Source: a virus (lineage: Duplodnaviria; Caudoviricetes). Taken from it: 63,198 nt of DNA. The stretch lies in IMG/VR virus record IMGVR_UViG_3300035136_000041, positions 1 through 63,198 of that record; one strand, 5' to 3'. The translations under genes were made by a program, and so were the position numbers. Under the pieces are notes generated by a model. It saw nothing but the letters and a program-made list of their open reading frames with translations. It did no database searches and had not been told where the DNA came from. Of this stretch, positions 57,367 to 63,198 are shown one piece after another; position 1 is the first letter of the stretch, and each line of letters opens with the position of its first letter.

Positions 57367-57385
57367 AATAAGGGTGAGGTGTGTC

Positions 57386-57943
57386 ATGGCTAAAGAGAGG
57401 GACAGATCTAGGCTGAAGTTGCGGCAAGAGAAATTCTGTGAGGAGATCGTAAAGGGGAAGAGTGGCAAGGATGCCGCCCTTGCAGCCGGCTATTCGCCTG
57501 GGAACGCCGATAAGTATGCATCGTCCCTTCTGATCAATCCGGCGGTCGCCGACAGAATCCGCGACATGAAAGCATGCTCGGCCGCAATCGCTGAGATAGA
57601 GGGCTCTGACGTTGTGCGGGAATGGGCGCGTCTCGGGCTTTCCAACATACTAGATGTTGCCGAAGTCGTCGATGGAGAGCTTGTCGTCAAACCATCCAGC
57701 GAATGGCCAGAGAGTGCTGCTAGGGCAGTCATGGAAGTATCTGAGTTTCAGGGGAAAGTGAAGGTCAAGATGCATCCGAAACAATCCGCTCTGGATTCGA
57801 TTGGCAGATATCTCGGCCTGCTAGTCGACCGTCGCAAGCACGAGCATGTTGGCCCTGGTGGAGGACCTATCGAAACGAAGGGCGGACTATCTGACGAAGC
57901 CATCAGCGAAATCAGGAAGAAGATTTTGGGGTTGCCAGAATGA
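57386..57943 (+). CDS. Terminase small subunit
   Basis: RQEKFCEE...AALAAGYS...LLINPAV; KVKMHPKQSALDSIGRYLG; directly before TerL. Confidence 0.88.
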   Translation: MAKERDRSRLKLRQEKFCEEIVKGKSGKDAALAAGYSPGNADKYASSLLINPAVADRIRDMKACSAAIAEIEGSDVVREWARLGLSNILDVAEVVDGELVVKPSSEWPESAARAVMEVSEFQGKVKVKMHPKQSALDSIGRYLGLLVDRRKHEHVGPGGGPIETKGGLSDEAISEIRKKILGLPE

Positions 57944-59463
57944 TGAACGACGTCCCGTCAATACTTCTCGACTACCAAATCCGCTGGATGATGGACAAGT
58001 CGCAAATACGTCTATGGGAGAAGTCTCGTCGTATCGGTGCGTCGTGGGTCTGTGCGGCCGAGGCTGTCATCGAGGCTGCCAAAGCGCAAGGAGGATATGA
58101 TACGACGTATACAAGTTATAATAAAGAGAACACCAGAGAGTTCATTGACGATTGTGCTTCATGGGTAAATGTCATTCGTGGAGCCGCGGCAGAAATGGAA
58201 GAACACCGTGAGCTTGACCAAAAGACTGGTGAGGAGATTCTCACATACATGATCAGGTTTCCGTCCGGTAATAAGATACTGACAGTTAGTTCTAAGCCAG
58301 ACAACTTACGAAACCGCAAAGGAAGAATTATTATAGACGAGGCTGCTTTTGGACCGGATCTTTTCATGGCGATCAAGGCAGGTCTGGGGATAAAGATGTG
58401 GGGGGGCCGCATGGATATACTTTCGACTCATAACGGTGTTGACTCCCCTTTTAATAAATATATCCAGAATATAAAAGAAGGACGTGCCCGAGGCAGTATA
58501 TACCGCACGACGATAGACGACGCGATCGCTGACGGATTATATAAGAGAATTTGTCTTGTGCGCGGAATAAAGTGGGATCCAGATGAGGAACAAGCATGGT
58601 TAGATGACTTAATCATGTCATGGGGTGAGTTCGCCGACGAAGAACTGCGTTGTATACCACGTCGTTCAGGAGGAACATATCTGTCGCGGATGATCATCGA
58701 GGATTGTATGATCAATGTTCCGGTACTACGCTTCGATGCTCCAGATGGATTTGCTGGCCGTACTGATGAGCAGCGGCAAAAGTACATGACCGACTGGCTC
58801 AAGCGCTTCGTTGCGCCTGTGCTCGCCAGACTACCCAAGAATCTCGAGCACTGTTTTGGGGAGGACTTTGGCCGCACGGCAGACATCACAGCCATAGTGC
58901 CATGCACGGTGACGCAAGATCTCAAGCGCCGAGTGCCTTTCATTCTCGAGTTGAGAAACACCCCATTTCGCGAGCAAGAACTTGCCTTATTTTTTGTTGT
59001 GGACAGACTGCCAAGATTCAGCTATGGTGCGCTCGACGCTGTCGGTAATGGGCAGTACCTGGCGGAGAGAGCCTGGCAGCGATACGGCGGGAGTATGATC
59101 GAACAAGTGCACATCACGAGTCAGTGGTATGCAGAGAATCTCCCCCCACTGAAAGCCGCATTCGAGGATGATCAGATCGAAGTGCCACGTGATGCCGACG
59201 TACTCAATGATCTCCTGAGCTTTCGTGTAATCCAAGGCATTCCGAAACTGCCCGACATACGCAAACCATCTGTAGCCGCTGGGGTCAGATCTCGCGCTCC
59301 GACAAGACACGGGGACGCAGCGATTGGGATTACGCTGGCGCACTATTCTACCAGGCAACCAAAGGCGGCTTGTGAAGGCTACAATACGGCTGAGTCTCGA
59401 ACCCCATCACCAACAGCTAAAGGATGGGGCGGATTCAGATCCTCCAAGGGAGGGATTTTGTGA
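57940..59463 (+). CDS. Terminase large subunit (Mu gp28-like)
   Basis: LLDYQ.RW, EKSRRIGASW, IIIDEAAF, ILSTHNG, FGEDFGR, DAVGNGQYLAE, RHGDAAI. Confidence 0.95.
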   Translation: MMNDVPSILLDYQIRWMMDKSQIRLWEKSRRIGASWVCAAEAVIEAAKAQGGYDTTYTSYNKENTREFIDDCASWVNVIRGAAAEMEEHRELDQKTGEEILTYMIRFPSGNKILTVSSKPDNLRNRKGRIIIDEAAFGPDLFMAIKAGLGIKMWGGRMDILSTHNGVDSPFNKYIQNIKEGRARGSIYRTTIDDAIADGLYKRICLVRGIKWDPDEEQAWLDDLIMSWGEFADEELRCIPRRSGGTYLSRMIIEDCMINVPVLRFDAPDGFAGRTDEQRQKYMTDWLKRFVAPVLARLPKNLEHCFGEDFGRTADITAIVPCTVTQDLKRRVPFILELRNTPFREQELALFFVVDRLPRFSYGALDAVGNGQYLAERAWQRYGGSMIEQVHITSQWYAENLPPLKAAFEDDQIEVPRDADVLNDLLSFRVIQGIPKLPDIRKPSVAAGVRSRAPTRHGDAAIGITLAHYSTRQPKAACEGYNTAESRTPSPTAKGWGGFRSSKGGIL

Positions 59464-59639
59464 TGGATGTATGGATAATCGAAATCAATGATACTGGGAA
59501 ATGGCGACCACTTGGGAGTTGTTTGTATCTTACTTTTGAAGAAGCAGAAAATGAAAAATTGAGCCTATATAGAATCTCGGCACAATGGAGTTCCGAGAAA
59601 CACAACATGAGAGTCAGAGCGTATCGGAGGGTATGAGTC

Positions 59640-59867
59640 ATGCTCTACAATTTTATAGATGATAATGATGATATTATGTTGATGACCTGCGGATTGTGTG
59701 GGTGTTTATTTAGTCGTGGTTATGGCAATCCATGTCACAATTATGATGCTCACAAAGGTGAATCTGCCATATTCTGTCCGGCATGCGCTGGAAATACTGA
59801 GTATGGATGGCGTTGTAATCCATGTTACCAACATCTTAGGAACGCCTTCTCCGGTAGAATGGAGTAA
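59640..59867 (+). CDS. Small Cys-rich protein
   Basis: CGLCG...CPAC...C.PC. Confidence 0.45.
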   Translation: MLYNFIDDNDDIMLMTCGLCGCLFSRGYGNPCHNYDAHKGESAIFCPACAGNTEYGWRCNPCYQHLRNAFSGRME

Positions 59868-59870
59868 GCC

Positions 59871-61538
59871 ATGCTCTACGATCATCGAGGACGACCGGTA
59901 AAAATCTCCCAGCTTACCAAGGAGGTTGCAGAGCCTAGCATAGCTGGCGTGAGAACTGTATGGCATGACTCCGTTGCCAATGATCTAACTCCGACTACGC
60001 TTGGTGCAATTCTACTGAAGGTAGATCAAGGAGATATCATTGAGTATCTGACTCTCGCCGAGGAGATGGAAGAGCGAGACATGCACTACTCGTCCGTCCT
60101 CAGTACGAGAAAGCTTGCTGTGACCGGGTTGGACGTCATGGTGGAGGCTGTCTCCGATGACCCGAAGGACGAAGAAATTGCCGATGCTGTTCGTGGGATT
60201 ATTGAGACAGACGCATTTGATTCTATGCTACCAGCTGCGATGGACGCTATAGGGAAGAGTTTTTCCGTTATAGAAGTCATGTGGGATAGATCTGGAAATC
60301 AGTGGACCCCATACAAATACAAATGGCGCGACCCGAGATTCTTTCAGTTCGATTTGACCACCAAAGACGAGCTGCGCATGAGGGACGATGAAGATTTAGT
60401 CAATGGGGTGGAGCTGGCCCCATGGCAATTCATCGTCCACAGGCCACAGATAAAGATGGGTGTGACGATCAGATGCGGAATAGCCAGAATGGTATGTGTT
60501 GGATACATGCTCAAGGGTTACACCCTGAAGGATTGGTGGGCCTTCATGGAAGTGTTTGGTATGCCGTGGCGAGTTGGTAAATACCCACCGAAAGCTACTA
60601 AAGAACAGAAAGACGCGCTCTTAGCTGCTGTCAGACAGATGGGTGCGGATGCTGCCTGTACGATACCAGAAGATATGATGATCGATATCATCGAATCATC
60701 TAAGACGTCGGGAGGCGATAAGTTATTTTCAGGCTCAGCTGACTGGATCGATAAGCAGATTTCCAAGGCTGTACTCGGCCAGACTGCGTCGACTGAGGGA
60801 ACTCCTGGTAGGCTAGGCAATGAGGAGTTACAGGGCGAAGTACGCGATGATATCAAGACTTCCGATGCCAAGCAATTATCAGCGACAATCAGACGAGACC
60901 TGATAAAGCCATTTGTGGATCTGAACTTTGGGCCGCAGGAGAAATATCCAAAATTCCGTTTAGTGATCGAGGAAAAGAAAGACCTCAAGCTATTAGCTGA
61001 AGCGATCACCCCATTTATCGACCGCGGTCTTCGGGTCCAATCGAGTCTCATTTTGGATGAGTTCGGGTATCCAGAGGCAGAGGATGGCGCAGAGGTTCTC
61101 CAATCGATAAAGGCTGGTGGGCAGCCAGCAGTCAATCAACCAGAGCCTGACGAAGACATGGAAGAGCCCGCATTGCAACGCGAGCAGAAAGCTGCCTTGG
61201 TAGAGATTTGCAGACGCATCAAGAGAGGCGAGCAGATCTCGAGCGAGGAGCGTCAGCTGTTTGTGGCCAGCATGGCTCTTGCGGCTGCCAATCCTGGTTC
61301 TGACTACGACGAGATTGACCGTCTAGTCACAAAAGAGCTCGACGACTGGAGGCAGGTGATGGACCCCGTGCTTCAGCCGATAATCGATCATGCTGAAGCT
61401 TCAAATAGCTATGAGTTGTTTCTTGAAGGCCTCGAGGATGCGCTGGCGAATATCGATACAGCAAAGTTTCAAGAGAGACTGGCTACGATGACCTTGATAG
61501 CCAGAGGCAGAGGGGATGCGACGGATGACGTGCAATAG
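59871..61538 (+). CDS. Portal protein (Mu gp29/DUF935-like)
   Basis: LAEEMEERD.HY.SVL.TRK.AV, RDPRFF, EVFGMPWRVGKY, ISKAVLGQT, DLIKPFVDLNFG. Confidence 0.95.
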   Translation: MLYDHRGRPVKISQLTKEVAEPSIAGVRTVWHDSVANDLTPTTLGAILLKVDQGDIIEYLTLAEEMEERDMHYSSVLSTRKLAVTGLDVMVEAVSDDPKDEEIADAVRGIIETDAFDSMLPAAMDAIGKSFSVIEVMWDRSGNQWTPYKYKWRDPRFFQFDLTTKDELRMRDDEDLVNGVELAPWQFIVHRPQIKMGVTIRCGIARMVCVGYMLKGYTLKDWWAFMEVFGMPWRVGKYPPKATKEQKDALLAAVRQMGADAACTIPEDMMIDIIESSKTSGGDKLFSGSADWIDKQISKAVLGQTASTEGTPGRLGNEELQGEVRDDIKTSDAKQLSATIRRDLIKPFVDLNFGPQEKYPKFRLVIEEKKDLKLLAEAITPFIDRGLRVQSSLILDEFGYPEAEDGAEVLQSIKAGGQPAVNQPEPDEDMEEPALQREQKAALVEICRRIKRGEQISSEERQLFVASMALAAANPGSDYDEIDRLVTKELDDWRQVMDPVLQPIIDHAEASNSYELFLEGLEDALANIDTAKFQERLATMTLIARGRGDATDDVQ

Positions 61539-61857
61539 CATTGCTTGGCTGCCGATCTCCAGGCCGGATACCTGCCGCATGCGCATAACGGGTGACCGTG
61601 CGTGGCAGCCGCTCCACTATGTGGAGTTTTCATGCGTGTGCCGGTGCGGCGGCCCGGCCAACAATGGTGTAATGTGATTGCCCCAGTCCGCATCGATAAG
61701 CTTGACAAACGCCGCAGAATGTGGTGGGTATATGGCAAGTGTGACGTATGCGGAAGTCGGATCGAACAGATCGTGCTCACATTTCCTCATGAGATTCGCG
61801 AGGAAGCTCAGTGCCCAAACAAAGCGTGCGGTAAGAAGTACGCCATAGAGGAAAGAA

Positions 61858-62346
61858 ATGAAAAAGAAAAAGACCAGTCGTAAGGATTTGCTCGAAATGA
61901 TCGCTGACCTGAATAGCAAATTCTCTACTGCTGTGAAGAGGGTCAGAGAGCTCGAGTCAGCCATGGACTCTGGGCAATTGGTCGGTAGACCAGAAGGGAT
62001 CATTTTGCTAGCAGCGAAAGTCGCGCATGAAGTGAACCGAGCCTATTGCGAATCCATGGGAGACGACAGCCATGTGCCGTGGGCCGAAGCGCCGGATGAT
62101 CATAAAGGTATCGTTATAAAAGCTGTGCAAGATATCGCATCTAATCCGTCTATTTCAGTTGCTGAATCGCACGCTTTGTGGTGCAGACACAGAAAACAAG
62201 ATGGGTGGGTGTATGGGAACGAATATGATTTTGCGAAGAGAATAGATCCGTGTATTGTGCCATATAATGATCTTCCAGAAGAACGCCGCACAGTTGACGC
62301 CTTGTTCGGTGCGGCCGTCAGGGTTGTGTTGGGAGTGCAGCGATGA
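61858..62346 (+). CDS. RyR-domain protein
   Basis: AKVAHEVNRAYC...ESHALW...DGWVYG...DPCIVPYNDLPEERR.VD. Confidence 0.8.
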   Translation: MKKKKTSRKDLLEMIADLNSKFSTAVKRVRELESAMDSGQLVGRPEGIILLAAKVAHEVNRAYCESMGDDSHVPWAEAPDDHKGIVIKAVQDIASNPSISVAESHALWCRHRKQDGWVYGNEYDFAKRIDPCIVPYNDLPEERRTVDALFGAAVRVVLGVQR

Positions 62347-62546
62347 CTGAGTCACAGAAACGTCGAGATGCTTTTGCACAAGCAGCTCTAAAAGGCCTAT
62401 GCGCCACTCCACTGTTCGAGCGGGTTATCTCAACCTCAACCGGCGCAAGTGAGGTAGCTATGGCAGCAATGGTGGTAGCTGATGCAACGATAGCTATGCT
62501 TGACAAAGTCTCGCCGCCAAAAAGGGTAAGGGAGGCTGCCAAATGA
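62343..62546 (+). CDS. Hypothetical phage protein
   Basis: RDAFAQAALKGL...A..AMVVADA. Confidence 0.6.
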   Translation: MTESQKRRDAFAQAALKGLCATPLFERVISTSTGASEVAMAAMVVADATIAMLDKVSPPKRVREAAK

Positions 62547-62842
62547 GCCTCTACGTCATAGACAACGGTGCCAACTACTCGGATCACGCAATCTACTTTG
62601 TGGAGACTGACAAGCCACTTTCTGAGGTGCAGAAGTGGTGTGAGATTGCAAGCACTGGCGATTATGAGAAATTCACCGTCTGTGGGCATGGAAAGGAAAT
62701 AGAATGGTTAAACAATGTGATTTGGAGGAGGATGTCGCTCGAGCAGTTCATCGAGGACAATGTTTCCATGGATATACCAAGGGCCTTGAAGTTGAGCGAC
62801 AAGGTATGTTGTGGGAGGTTCAAGAATGATCAAAGTACCTAA
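62543..62842 (+). CDS. Hypothetical protein
   Basis: LYVIDNGANYSDHAIYFVE; coupled to the previous gene. Confidence 0.55.
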   Translation: MSLYVIDNGANYSDHAIYFVETDKPLSEVQKWCEIASTGDYEKFTVCGHGKEIEWLNNVIWRRMSLEQFIEDNVSMDIPRALKLSDKVCCGRFKNDQST

Positions 62843-63053
62843 AATCAAGAAAGGCCCGATGGGTTACGCGATGGACTACCGTGCAGCCATGGGTAGACTT
62901 GTTGAAGTGTCGCAACAGTGGTGTGCTGCGTTTGATGCTGGGGATAACGGTACTTTAGTCGAACTATATGATATGTTCGATGAGATTACCAATGAGCTTG
63001 GCGAAGCAGCAAATGCACTTGCAAAATCGATTGGCACTGGTGACGACTCATGA
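62826..63053 (+). CDS. Hypothetical protein
   Basis: GGAGG before ATG. Confidence 0.5.
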   Translation: MIKVPKIKKGPMGYAMDYRAAMGRLVEVSQQWCAAFDAGDNGTLVELYDMFDEITNELGEAANALAKSIGTGDDS

Positions 63054-63072
63054 AAAGACCACGATGTTGCAA

Positions 63073-63198
63073 ACGCCCAATGTTTAGATGGGCACACACA
63101 GAGATAGAGACAGGTCATCTTGGCCCTGGTGGGCACCAATACTGGGAGGTTTGGCGTTGTCTTAAATGTGGTAAAGAACTCGATCCATACCCACGCCC
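63073..63198 (+). repeat. Terminal direct repeat, copy 2
   Basis: Identical to 20-145. Confidence 0.97.

Noticed and set aside
1-63198. tRNA/rRNA genes, integrase/attP, DNA polymerase
   Set aside because: None recognised by eye; tRNAscan and HMM searches would be needed to exclude divergent copies

Overview
A near-complete circular tailed-phage genome of about 63.05 kb. Positions 20-145 repeat at 63073-63198, and 1-19 is an Illumina P5 adapter remnant. It has a full Mu-like contractile-tail virion module: TerS, gp28-type TerL, gp29 portal, gpF, protease/scaffold, gpT capsid, gp36-38, sheath, tube, frameshifted chaperone, tape measure, gpN and baseplate gp44-48. I could not recognise a MuA/MuB transposase, integrase or DNA polymerase. 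Instead it carries a PD-(D/E)XK nuclease, RecT, an SMC-like ATPase, an SF2 helicase, a primase-like protein, two ParB-like proteins, three methyltransferases, RuvC and an RpoH-like sigma factor. The main discovery is at 31798-33135 (minus strand): a nuclease-less Nop/IS110-like protein (TasA-like) with ten stem-loop units of fixed architecture, stem-CCA-N9-TGNNNNCCA-N9-TG-stem, matching TIGR guide RNAs. Five of the ten lie in frame inside the protein's own coding sequence, and the gene is translationally coupled to the nuclease/RecT genes. Other notable signals are two orphan NGY-NN pentamer arrays, a triplicated early promoter, paired parS-like palindromes, a chimeric small terminase and signal-peptide proteins in the tail cluster. 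All product calls come from motif recognition and gene order by eye; no database search was run.
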